This document shows, one piece after another, positions 45,761 to 55,085 of a stretch of DNA of 60,221 nucleotides. Source of the stretch: Candidatus Micrarchaeia archaeon (GTDB lineage Archaea; Micrarchaeota; Micrarchaeia; Anstonellales; J096); the NCBI GenBank assembly GCA_041500865.1, contig JBGQMY010000005.1:1-60221 (forward strand), given 5' to 3'. The first letter of the stretch is position 1, and every line of letters begins with the position of its first letter. The notes under the pieces are model-generated. The model was not told the DNA's origin. It saw only the letters and a list, made by a program, of their open reading frames with translations, and did not search any database. A program made the position numbers and the translations under genes.

Positions 45761-48202
45761 ATGATTGATATGGAGCAATTATTGCTTGAACCGATAGAGA
45801 AAGAACTAAAAGACGCATACCTTTCGTACGCCATGAGCGTGATAGTCTCAAGGGCGATTCCGGACGTGAGGGACGGCCTGAAGCCCGTGCACAGGAGGAT
45901 ACTTTACGCGATGAACGAGCTGGGGATGGCGAGCAACAAGCCGTTCAAGAAGTCTGCAAGGATTGTTGGCGAGGTTTTGGGAAAATACCACCCGCACGGC
46001 GACGTTGCCATATACGACTCGCTGGTCAGGATGGCGCAGCCGTTCTCATTGAGGTATACGCTGATAAGCGGGCAGGGCAACTTCGGCAGCGTGGACGGTG
46101 ACCCGCCTGCTGCCATGCGTTACACTGAGGCAAGGATGGGGAGGATGGCAGAGGAGATGCTCGCTGACCTGGACTCCGACACAGTGGACTTCGTGCCCAA
46201 CTTCGACGACACGCTTAAGGAGCCTAGCGTCCTTCCCGCAAAGGTGCCGAACCTGGTGCTGAACGGGACGGCAGGCATAGCCGTGGGGATGGCGTCCAAC
46301 ATACCGCCGCACAACCTCAACGAGGTCGTTGACGGGCTCCTGCAGATGATAGACGGGAAAGGCGAGGAGGACGTTTATGCAACGATAAAGGGGCCGGATT
46401 TCCCGACAGGCGGCATCATCATAGGCAGGGACGGCGTGGAACGTGCGAAAAGGGAAGGCAGGGGCATCATCCGCATAAGGGGAAGGGCGACGACAGAAGA
46501 CGACAAAATCATAATAACCGAGCTTCCCTACCAGACCAACAAGGCCAAGCTCATAGAGGAGATAGCAGACAAGGTGAAGGACGGGTCACTGGAGGGCATA
46601 GCCGACATACATGACAGGAGCGACAAGGGCGGCTTGACGGTAGAGATAAAGGTAAAGAAGGGGCATGACGCGGAAATCGTGCTGAACAAGCTTTACGACC
46701 ATACCGCGCTGCAGTCCAGCTTTGGCATAATAAACATAGCGCTAATCGGGGGGAAGCCCAAATTGCTGACGCTGTATGAGATGCTCAATGCGTTCCTGAA
46801 TTTCAGGGAAGAAGTCATAAGAAGAAGGACCGCTTTCCTGCTGCGCAAGGCTGAGGAAAGGGACCACATAGTCATAGGCCTGCTCAAGGCGCTGGACAAG
46901 ATTGACAAGGTCATAGACATAGCGAAAAAATCCAAGGACCAGCTTGAGGCGCAGGGCAGATTGATAGAGGCGCTCGGCATAAGCGAGAAGCAGGCCAAGT
47001 CCATACTTGAGATGAGGATACAGACGCTGACAGGGCTTGAGACGGACAAGCTGAAGAGGGAGCATGATGCGCTGCTTGCCAGCATAACCGAATACAACGA
47101 AACGCTCTCCAACAGAATCAAACTGATGGGCATCATAAGGAAGGAGCTTGAGGACATCAGGCAAAAGTACGGGGACCAGAGAAGGACGGAAATAAGGGAA
47201 GGGGAAGGCGAGATGGACTATGAAAGCATGATAGAGGACAGCGACGTAGTCATAACCATGTCTAAGAAAGGATACCTCAAGAGGATACTGCTGACTGAGT
47301 TCAGTTCCCAAAGAAGGGGCGGCAAGGGCGTCAAGATAGCTGGCGGCGAGGAGGAGATGGAGGACACCCTGGTGACAAGGAACAAGACTACGATGCTCGT
47401 GTTCTCTGACAGGGGCATTGTCAGGTGGATAAAGGCATACAACGTGCCAAAGTCAGAGCGCTACTCAAAGGGAACGCACATAGCAAACATAATCCCGCTT
47501 GAGCAGGGCGAAACAGTCGTGTCCATAGTGCCTGTCAGCAGCCTGGAGAAAGGGCATCTTGTTTTCCTTACAAGGAAAGGGACTGTCAAGAAGGTGGAGA
47601 TGGAAAATTTCTCCAACCCAAGGAAGGGCGGCATAATAGCGATAAAGATGCCGGAGAACGACGCGCTGCTTGAAGTCAAGTCCATGGACGGGGAGGGCGA
47701 CGTGATGGTGGCGACAAAGAAAGGCTACGCCATAAGGTTCCCGACAGCAGACATGAGGGAGATAGGCAGGGCAGCATACGGCGTCAGGGGCATAAGGCTG
47801 CGGGAAGGGGACGAGGTCATCGGCATAGAGATTGTGAAGAAACCGTTCATGGTGCTTGTTTCCGAAAAGGGGTTCGGCAAGATAATAGACGTTTCCGAGT
47901 TCAAGACGCAGCACAGGGGCGGCATGGGCGTCATAGGCATCAAGGTAAACGAAAAGACCGGAAGCGCAATGGCGCTCCGTTCAGCTGAAAAGGAAAACAC
48001 CATATTCCTTGTTTCGTCCAAGGGAAAGAGCATAGCCAGCAGGATATCCGAGATAAGGGAGGTCTCAAGGTATGCGAGCGGCGTGAAGCTCATGGACCTT
48101 GAAGGCGGGGACCGCGTGGTCTCGATATCCGTCATAGAAGGCGGTCTTGAGATTAAGGAAGGCCAGCCAGCCGAAGCGCCGGAGAAGGGAGAAGGCTTAT
48201 AA
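45761..48202 (+). CDS. gyrA: DNA gyrase subunit A
   Basis: [42 protein letters not shown], GyrA-box QRRGGKG, beta-pinwheel CTD. Confidence 0.98.
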   Translation: MIDMEQLLLEPIEKELKDAYLSYAMSVIVSRAIPDVRDGLKPVHRRILYAMNELGMASNKPFKKSARIVGEVLGKYHPHGDVAIYDSLVRMAQPFSLRYTLISGQGNFGSVDGDPPAAMRYTEARMGRMAEEMLADLDSDTVDFVPNFDDTLKEPSVLPAKVPNLVLNGTAGIAVGMASNIPPHNLNEVVDGLLQMIDGKGEEDVYATIKGPDFPTGGIIIGRDGVERAKREGRGIIRIRGRATTEDDKIIITELPYQTNKAKLIEEIADKVKDGSLEGIADIHDRSDKGGLTVEIKVKKGHDAEIVLNKLYDHTALQSSFGIINIALIGGKPKLLTLYEMLNAFLNFREEVIRRRTAFLLRKAEERDHIVIGLLKALDKIDKVIDIAKKSKDQLEAQGRLIEALGISEKQAKSILEMRIQTLTGLETDKLKREHDALLASITEYNETLSNRIKLMGIIRKELEDIRQKYGDQRRTEIREGEGEMDYESMIEDSDVVITMSKKGYLKRILLTEFSSQRRGGKGVKIAGGEEEMEDTLVTRNKTTMLVFSDRGIVRWIKAYNVPKSERYSKGTHIANIIPLEQGETVVSIVPVSSLEKGHLVFLTRKGTVKKVEMENFSNPRKGGIIAIKMPENDALLEVKSMDGEGDVMVATKKGYAIRFPTADMREIGRAAYGVRGIRLREGDEVIGIEIVKKPFMVLVSEKGFGKIIDVSEFKTQHRGGMGVIGIKVNEKTGSAMALRSAEKENTIFLVSSKGKSIASRISEIREVSRYASGVKLMDLEGGDRVVSISVIEGGLEIKEGQPAEAPEKGEGL

Positions 48203-48239
48203 AGTCTATCGCCAACCAGAGAAGTGTCATTAAATCTGT

Positions 48240-48313
48240 GCCGCAGTAGCTCAGCCCGGTAGAGCATTCGGCTGAAGACCGAAGTGTCGCTGGTTCAAAT
48301 CCGGCCTGCGGCA
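48240..48313 (+). tRNA. tRNA-Phe: tRNA-Phe(GAA)
   Basis: GCCGCAGTAGCTCAGCCCGGTAGAGCA-TTCGG-CT-GAA-GA-CCGAA...GGTTCAAATCCGGCCTGCGGCA. Confidence 0.96.
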
Positions 48314-48381
48314 AAGGCGTTTTAATCTATTTTGCGCTCGGTTAAGCAGAAATAAAAGGAAGGTGTAAAAAAGTGAAAACT

Positions 48382-49902
48382 TCAGCCGCGGGCAATGCTT
48401 ACGGTTGCCGTGTACGCATTCAGGTCCTTGCTTAACACCGAAATCTCGGCAGACGTGGAATTGGTTATCCTGACGGTCTTGGACGCGCCTGGCGCAACCA
48501 TCACGTTTGAAACGAGATCCCCGCCGGCATTGTAAACTTCAAATATGGGATTGTTCGGGCTGCTTGAATCAAAGTCGTAAAGGCAAACCTTGGCAACGTC
48601 GTTGCTGACGCACTCGTCAAAGCCGATTGTGCCGCTCACGGCGTTGTTGCCGATTTTCGTGTCCGTTGCAGACACAAGCGCCCAAACCGAAGAGCCGCTT
48701 GCCATGGTTCCATAGACGTATATCATTACGGCATTGCTGTCGTCAACATTAACCTGTTCTGAAGCTCCTTGCGCGATCTGTATGTTTGACGAGAACTTGC
48801 CGTTCGCGCCATAGACTGTCAATATGGCATCATGCGTCTTTGTGTCCATGTCAGAAAGGCAAACGCTGGCATGCGACGTGTTGACGCACTCGTCGTAGAA
48901 AAGCAGCCTGCCGCCGAAATCGGACGATGTGTACTTGACTGTCGTGTTGGCCCATGCCGAGCCGTTGGTTATTATTGTCTGCGAAACCGTGATCAGGATG
49001 TCCTTGCCTCCCCCTATAACTATCGATGTGGGGTCCTGCACCTGGACCATGACATTTGATATGAACTTGCCGTTCGCGCCATAGAGCGAGAAAATCGCCT
49101 GGTGCGGCCAGTCCACTGCAACGTCCTCAAGGCAGGCGCTGGAATTTGCAAGGTTTACGCAGTCGCCTATCTGTAGCATCCCCTGGGAGACCAATACTGA
49201 CTGCCTGGAATAAATGCCGGAGTCCCTTATGTATACAAGCGCCTGTATGTCGCTTCCGTTTATGGCGGTAGAGTAAACCGAGACGTATATGAACTTGCCG
49301 TTCCCGAGCGATGCAATTCCGTTGCCGTTTGGCGCGACCTCGATGTTGGATGAAAGCTTGCCCTTGGCGTCATAGACTGTGAGTATGGCGTCGTTGGGCG
49401 ATTCAGCCGCAAGGTCGGAAAGGCACACCTTGCCGTTTGACACGGTTAGGCAGTCGTTGTAGTGCAGCAGCCCGCCCGAGCCGTTTATGGTGTTAGCAGT
49501 TATCGTGTTGTTGGCCGGATGGCTGTTCCTGCCCGAGCTTGACGAGCCTGAGTTTCCGCCGGACGAGCCTCCGTAAGTGCCGGTATCATTGTAGACAATC
49601 GTTATGTTTGTGTGGTTGCTTACTGTGCCATTGGTCAAGTTTGAAGTTGTGTTGATTATGTTGCTGGCATTGGCGCTTTGGTTGGCAATGGCGCTCCCGT
49701 TGCCTGAGATGTTCTTGGGTATTGAGGCATTGGCCAAAACATTGGTTGCGTTTGCAACCACATGCGGAACTGAGGCATTGGCAGTGATGTTTTCCTGAAC
49801 AGTGTCGTTCGCCCCGGCTCCGGACAGCGTCATGTAGCCGCCTACGCCCAGCAGCAGCACTGCGCCAGCAAGGAGGAAAGATGCCATTATCTCGTTTTTC
49901 AT
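48382..49902 (-). CDS. Surface protein with four S-layer-like modules
   Basis: N-terminal TM, Asn/Ser/Thr-rich linker with many N-x-S/T sequons, 4 x (C..VCLSD..AILTVY..GK..SN) modules resembling an S-layer segment. Confidence 0.8.
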   Translation of the reverse strand: MKNEIMASFLLAGAVLLLGVGGYMTLSGAGANDTVQENITANASVPHVVANATNVLANASIPKNISGNGSAIANQSANASNIINTTSNLTNGTVSNHTNITIVYNDTGTYGGSSGGNSGSSSSGRNSHPANNTITANTINGSGGLLHYNDCLTVSNGKVCLSDLAAESPNDAILTVYDAKGKLSSNIEVAPNGNGIASLGNGKFIYVSVYSTAINGSDIQALVYIRDSGIYSRQSVLVSQGMLQIGDCVNLANSSACLEDVAVDWPHQAIFSLYGANGKFISNVMVQVQDPTSIVIGGGKDILITVSQTIITNGSAWANTTVKYTSSDFGGRLLFYDECVNTSHASVCLSDMDTKTHDAILTVYGANGKFSSNIQIAQGASEQVNVDDSNAVMIYVYGTMASGSSVWALVSATDTKIGNNAVSGTIGFDECVSNDVAKVCLYDFDSSSPNNPIFEVYNAGGDLVSNVMVAPGASKTVRITNSTSAEISVLSKDLNAYTATVSIARG

Positions 49903-49960
49903 GTTCAGCCACCTTTATTACGATATTTATTACGATATCATCCAAATTTAAAAAAACAAA

Positions 49961-51430
49961 TCAGTATTGGATGCCCTGTCCCAGTGCGTTCATGCCTTCT
50001 GTGGATATTACATACCTTCCTGCAGGGAGTGTTGAAAGGTCAACGATGCCCCTGTTCCCGTTGAACGGAAGCGAGACGACCAGCCTTCCTGAGACGTCAA
50101 AGACGCTCGCGGTATGGTTTCCGGGCTTTGCGAACACAAGGCCGTACCTGTTGTGCGAGAGCTGCACTATCCTGTCCATGTGCGCCGTAAAGAGCCCCTT
50201 TGACGTGTTCAGCACGCTGCCGACCGGGATGCTGGACTCTATGTTGGCTGTGGCGAACGCCGAGTTCTTGCCGACTGCAAGGTCTGTTATCGTTATTGTC
50301 AGTGCCTTGCCGTTGCGGCCAGAGAACGTTGCTTCCTTGCCCACGGTTGCCTGCACGGTGCTGCCGTTGACGTCAAACACAGCGATTGAATCGTGCGCAT
50401 CCACAAGCTTTATCGTCCCGAAGGACGTGTCAAGCGTGACCGATTGGCCCAGCGTGAAGATGGATGTGTTCTGCACCGGCTCAACCGCCAAATCCGCCGT
50501 CACCGTAGTTCCGACTTGGCTTGCATCCTTTGCCGTTATGGAGATGCCAATGCCAGTCGCGCTGTCAACTATCGAAACGGACTTGTTTATGCTGAGCTGT
50601 TCGCTGATTGTTGCGCCTTTTGGCGTCTTTACCGTGGCCGCGACATAGCTCGCGGTTCCGGTGGAATCCACCTTTTGGCCTATGCCCGTAACCGATATCG
50701 TGTATCCGTATGCGCTCAGCGGGGCGCTGTTTGTTACGCTCTTTACTGTGTTGACATCCGTTACCTGGAGCTCAACCGAGGATTCTGAGAACGTTGAAAC
50801 TGTGCGAATTGCCTTGATGTCAACAGCCTCGCCCGGCGTTGCGCCAACGGCAACCCTCTTCGTCTCGCCTGGCCCTATCTGGATGATTGAGACGCCCCTA
50901 ACCGTGCGGATTGTAAGTATGGCATCATAGCTGCCGTCCTTGTTCGGAACCCTGGCAAAGTCTGTTGCTGTTATGCTGGTCCCGAGCGTGTCCTTGGACG
51001 CCCCCTGATTAAGCGTAAAGGCCGTGTCCGGCCCTGTCAGCGATGTGGTGTCAAACGAGAACCAGATGGTCCTGACGCCGACTGTAACGCCCAATAGCTT
51101 GACGTTGGTTTTGTCAACGACCATTGAGTCCCCTTCCCTTATCGCTGTTTTGCTGGATGAGCCTCCGGCCGGCGTGACAGTAAGCAGCGCGCCGTATTTT
51201 CCGTTGCCGTCCTTTGCAAGCAGGGAATCGGGGCTAAGCGTTGTGTTGTTCTTTGTGCTGAAGGCCTCTCCCTTTTTCAGCAGAAGCTCTGTTGCCTGTG
51301 CCGTCACGGCAGCTGCCGTGGTAAGCGCCAAAACCGCTTTCCCGGCCATAGAGAAATAACGTCTCGCCTTTGACTTTTTGTTAACCGCAGGCGCTGTGCC
51401 CGCAACCGAGGATTTGATTGAATTTGCCAT
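49961..51430 (-). CDS. Exported beta-rich protein with C-terminal T9SS type-A-like sorting domain
   Basis: Basic leader plus signal peptide (AVTAQA); C-terminus SVFDVSGRLV...VDLSTLPAGRYVI. Confidence 0.75.
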   Translation of the reverse strand: MANSIKSSVAGTAPAVNKKSKARRYFSMAGKAVLALTTAAAVTAQATELLLKKGEAFSTKNNTTLSPDSLLAKDGNGKYGALLTVTPAGGSSSKTAIREGDSMVVDKTNVKLLGVTVGVRTIWFSFDTTSLTGPDTAFTLNQGASKDTLGTSITATDFARVPNKDGSYDAILTIRTVRGVSIIQIGPGETKRVAVGATPGEAVDIKAIRTVSTFSESSVELQVTDVNTVKSVTNSAPLSAYGYTISVTGIGQKVDSTGTASYVAATVKTPKGATISEQLSINKSVSIVDSATGIGISITAKDASQVGTTVTADLAVEPVQNTSIFTLGQSVTLDTSFGTIKLVDAHDSIAVFDVNGSTVQATVGKEATFSGRNGKALTITITDLAVGKNSAFATANIESSIPVGSVLNTSKGLFTAHMDRIVQLSHNRYGLVFAKPGNHTASVFDVSGRLVVSLPFNGNRGIVDLSTLPAGRYVISTEGMNALGQGIQY

Positions 51431-51539
51431 ACGGGCCTTTTGATTAATAGGGTTTTTAAAAGTGTATGAAATTGTTAGTTACTTGCCAAGCCTCCGACGG
51501 AAGCGGGATATTGTGTTTAAAAATGTTTCCGTAGGCCCC

Positions 51540-52130
51540 CTACTTTTCCATGCGCCTGAGCGCCTCATACGCCCCGTAAAGGAACATTGCTGCGCCCAGC
51601 ACAAGCGCGCCATAGAGCAGCATAGGGCTTGGCTCCTGCGTGGCTGCGGCAGGGACAGCGGTGGCATTGGCCTCCTCTGCGGCTGATGGATTCTGCGCCT
51701 CTGCGCGAGCCGTAAGCACCATAGTCCCGTTTTCATCAGGCGCGATGCCCGCAGCTGCAGGCGACAATAGCTGCTCCGGGGAAGGGGCCGGATAAAGGAT
51801 GGACATTCCTGAGAATGCCATGAAAACCAGGCCGAACGCAAGCAGCAGGATTGCCCTTGTGGGGAACCCGGGCTTTGGCGCGGCCAGCTTCCTGCCAATC
51901 GCAGTAAGCTCGTAATACTTCCATTTCCTGCCCTCATCAACCTTTTCCAATAAACCGGCTGATTCGAGGTGCGCCAGGTGCTCAAGGACCGTCGGGGAGG
52001 AAAGCCCCAGGCTTTCGGCCAATTGGCTCTGCGTCTTTCTCCCGTTTGCAAGCAATTTCAGTATTGAAATCCTGCTTTCCGCGCCTATCGCCTTGAGCAG
52101 CGCCCTGTTTATCACGACCTCGTCGTCCAT
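51540..52130 (-). CDS. ArsR-family HTH regulator with C-terminal TM segments
   Basis: LKAIGAESRISILKLL...SQLAESLGLSSPTVLEHL..LESAGLL..KWKYYELT; 2 TM. Confidence 0.88.
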   Translation of the reverse strand: MDDEVVINRALLKAIGAESRISILKLLANGRKTQSQLAESLGLSSPTVLEHLAHLESAGLLEKVDEGRKWKYYELTAIGRKLAAPKPGFPTRAILLLAFGLVFMAFSGMSILYPAPSPEQLLSPAAAGIAPDENGTMVLTARAEAQNPSAAEEANATAVPAAATQEPSPMLLYGALVLGAAMFLYGAYEALRRMEK

Positions 52131-52131
52131 C

Positions 52132-52983
52132 TCAGCTCATCCCGTATGACACGGAAACGGACGCATACACGTCAACCTGGCCCGGCGAAATCGGCGTGGC
52201 CTGCGCCTCGGCTACGTTTGATGCGGCCCTGTTGTAGTTGGCCTGGTATGTGGGGTAATAATAGTATCCCGAGCTTGCGGAAAGCGGCTTTCCGAGCGTT
52301 GCCCCGATGCCTGCAGCTATGTTCTCTGCCTTTGCCCTTGCCGCTTCCGAGGCGTTCCGCAGCAGCGAGAGCTCAACGGAGTTCCTGGTCGAGCCCTTCA
52401 GCGAGAACTGTATGGAGTCTATGGTCTCCGCGCCTGACGAGATGATAAGGTCCGTTACAGCGCCTCCGCTGCTTACGTTGTATACGTCAACAGAAACGCT
52501 GTGGATTGTCCTGTACCCGGAAAGCGTCTGGTTGTAGGTCTTGATTTTGTCGTCGCAAACGGCCCCGGCGTCGCCCGGGCAAATCCAGTCATAGGTGTAT
52601 TCCGGGGAGATGCCATAGCTCACTGTCTCGATGTCCTCGTCCTTCACTCCGGCGCCCCTGAGCGCATCCTTCACGCTTGACATCCTTGCGGCGTTCTCCT
52701 CCTGCGATGCCTTTGCCGTGGCATTGAGCGTGCTGACCGAGAAGCTTATCGTCATGAGGTCGGGCTGGACGCTCCTTTTGGCCTCGCCGTAAACGTCAAT
52801 GTGGTTCGGCGGCTGGATGCCCGTGAGGTTGGCCACGTTTATCACGGTCTGGCCGCCTGTGCCGACTATGGACTTCGTTGCCAGGAACAGCAGCGCGCCA
52901 GCAACTATTATCATAATGGCGAAAACTATCATCCTTCCGGAACCGCAACAAACGCATTTTCCAGCATTATCATCAGACATCAT
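52132..52983 (-). CDS. SIMPL (DUF541) domain protein
   Basis: IDVYGEA..VQPD, DIETVSYGISPEY, ARAKAENIA, PISPGQVDV.ASVSVSY. Confidence 0.9.
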   Translation of the reverse strand: MMSDDNAGKCVCCGSGRMIVFAIMIIVAGALLFLATKSIVGTGGQTVINVANLTGIQPPNHIDVYGEAKRSVQPDLMTISFSVSTLNATAKASQEENAARMSSVKDALRGAGVKDEDIETVSYGISPEYTYDWICPGDAGAVCDDKIKTYNQTLSGYRTIHSVSVDVYNVSSGGAVTDLIISSGAETIDSIQFSLKGSTRNSVELSLLRNASEAARAKAENIAAGIGATLGKPLSASSGYYYYPTYQANYNRAASNVAEAQATPISPGQVDVYASVSVSYGMS

Positions 52984-53055
52984 ACCACCTGGAAATGATT
53001 GGATGCGCATTGTATAAAAACCGAGCGGAAATTGTTAGGCGGCCGCCTAAACCGA

Positions 53056-53775
53056 TTAGGCAACGCACTCGCCGAAGGATTCAAAGAACGCGCCTGGAAG
53101 CGATGCCATGAATTTTAGGAACTGCGCTGTTTGGGTGCGCTCGTAAGTCGTGGCACCGTCCGTTGCCCTGTCCAGCGGCGTTTTGCGTTCCTTGTCCCTT
53201 GCTGCCAGAAGGTCATTTATGTCTCCGCCCTCCCTTATGTATTTCCCGAGCAGAAGGGCGCAGGTTTTTACATGCCCGTTCCATGCGGCGCTGTGCATGG
53301 GCGTCATGCGCTGCCTGTCCTTTGAGAAAATCAGCTTCTTTGCGTCCCCGCCGGCTTTTTTGTATGCCTCGATAATCAAGATGCACGTATCCGTGTATCC
53401 ATACTCCGCGGCATTGTATATGGGCGTTCTCTTTTCTGACCTTGTCTTTGCGGTAATTAGTTTTTTTACGTCCCTGCCTGATTTTGCGTATTCTTTTAGG
53501 AGCAGGGCGCAGGTTTGGGTATGGCCGATCGATGCGGCCCGGTGCAGGGCCGTCACGCAATCATCGCCCCTTGCGTCCAGGCCTGCGCCGTTCCTTATCA
53601 CCTGCAACACCTGCAGGTTGTTCCCTTTGCCGGCTGCGTCCAAAAGCTCGGAATCAAGCGACTTCTGCTCCCAAAAGTCCAATGCCGGCTTCTCGCTTGG
53701 CAGGATGTCCTGCCTTGGCTTTCTTGTTTTTGCCTTTTCAATCATCCGCATTAGGAATGATTTTCTTTCCTGCAT
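53056..53775 (-). CDS. Ankyrin-repeat protein (ank6)
   Basis: TALHRAA, TPIYNAA, TPMHSAA; C-terminus FFESFGECVA; start chosen from promoter spacing. Confidence 0.92.
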   Translation of the reverse strand: MQERKSFLMRMIEKAKTRKPRQDILPSEKPALDFWEQKSLDSELLDAAGKGNNLQVLQVIRNGAGLDARGDDCVTALHRAASIGHTQTCALLLKEYAKSGRDVKKLITAKTRSEKRTPIYNAAEYGYTDTCILIIEAYKKAGGDAKKLIFSKDRQRMTPMHSAAWNGHVKTCALLLGKYIREGGDINDLLAARDKERKTPLDRATDGATTYERTQTAQFLKFMASLPGAFFESFGECVA

Positions 53776-53805
53776 GTTTCCATTGTGCGGCAAAGGAATT
53801 AAAAT

Positions 53806-53880
53806 AGCGCCGCAGCGCACCAACTGTTTTCTTTTGAACCCAAGGGCCTTTTCTTTGCGAAAGAAAAGGGGCTTTTTTAA
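53806..53880. repeat. Intergenic palindromic repeat family copy
   Basis: gcgccgcagcgc; ttcttttgaacccaag (16 nt identical to about 29955); ccttttctttgcgaaagaaaagggg. Confidence 0.75.
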
Positions 53881-53903
53881 GCCTGCTGATGCAAGGCAAT
53901 GGC

Positions 53904-55079
53904 ATGGCAGCAGCCAACGGAAAGAACGGCATAGACGGAAAAAACGTGACGCTGATGGGCATCACCAGCATGATGAACGACGCCGGCAGCGAGATGGTGG
54001 CGCCGATACTTCCGCTGTTCATGGCCTCGCTTGGCGCGAACGGCTTCATCATAGGCATCCTTGGCGGCCTCAGGGACAGCATATCCACCCTAGTCAGCAT
54101 ATACTTCGGCAGGATATCTGACAGAATCGGCAAAAGGAAGCCTTTCGTCGTTTCAGGATACCTGCTTTCCGGCATATTCAAGTTCTTCCTGTTTCTTTCA
54201 ACGACATGGCCAGTGGCATTGGTGTCCGCCTCGCTGGAAAGGATGTCAAAAGCCGTCAGGAACGCCCCAAGGGACGCGCTGATTTCGGAATCAGTCACAA
54301 AGGACAACCTTGGCAAGGGATTCGGCATGCACAGGGCATTGGACACGCTCGGCGCGATATTCGGCTCAGCGCTGGCGCTCTTTTTTGTTTATTATCTGAA
54401 CATGGGTTTCGGGACGATAATACTTATAGCGGCTGTGCTCTCGTTCATTTCAGTCATACCGCTGATTTTCGTGAGGGAGGGCGCGCCCACGGGCAAGCTG
54501 AACGGGAACGGAAGGCGCCTTGAGAACGAAAGGCTGAACAGGCTGATAATGATAATCACCGTGTTCTCGCTGGGCAACATCAGCTACATGTTCCTGATAC
54601 TGCAGGCGCAGCAGCTGTTCCCGGCCAGCCTCCAGGTTGTAGGCCCAATAGCGCTTTACATCCTGTTCAACATATCGTATGCAGGGCTTTCAATACCGTT
54701 CGGCAGGTTCGCAGACAGGTTCGGAAAGAAAAGGACGCTTGACATCGGATACCTGCTGCTTTTCCTCACTATGTTCGGGTTCGTCTTCGCGAACTCGCTC
54801 GTGCTTTACGCGCTGCTGTTCGTGCTTTTCGGGGCTGCATATGCAATAATAGAGACCGAGCAGGCCGCTGTCGTGTCGTCAATGTCGGAGGACGAGGAAA
54901 GGGGGGCTGCGCTCGGCAAGTACTACACTTACATGGGCGTGAGCAAGCTGATAGGGAGCAGCGCGGCCGGGTTCATCTGGACGATAAGCCCCATGTGCAC
55001 GTTCATTTATGCATCCGCCATGACTGCAGTGGGCACGTTCATGCTCTTCGGGTTCACGCACCCGACAAAGAAGGTGTGA
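53904..55079 (+). CDS. MFS transporter
   Basis: GRISDRIGKRK and GRFADRFGKKR motif A; about 12 TM. Confidence 0.93.
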   Translation: MAAANGKNGIDGKNVTLMGITSMMNDAGSEMVAPILPLFMASLGANGFIIGILGGLRDSISTLVSIYFGRISDRIGKRKPFVVSGYLLSGIFKFFLFLSTTWPVALVSASLERMSKAVRNAPRDALISESVTKDNLGKGFGMHRALDTLGAIFGSALALFFVYYLNMGFGTIILIAAVLSFISVIPLIFVREGAPTGKLNGNGRRLENERLNRLIMIITVFSLGNISYMFLILQAQQLFPASLQVVGPIALYILFNISYAGLSIPFGRFADRFGKKRTLDIGYLLLFLTMFGFVFANSLVLYALLFVLFGAAYAIIETEQAAVVSSMSEDEERGAALGKYYTYMGVSKLIGSSAAGFIWTISPMCTFIYASAMTAVGTFMLFGFTHPTKKV

Positions 55080-55085
55080 TGCCCA

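Noticed and set aside
4275-53775. Ankyrin paralogs as targets of a diversity-generating retroelement
   Set aside because: No reverse transcriptase and no near-identical template/variable repeat pair with adenine-specific differences is visible.
53738-54346. Long antisense ORFs (here and 8287-9357, 9538-10467, 39695-40876, 53150-54121)
   Set aside because: Each lies opposite a well-supported gene and reflects codon bias.
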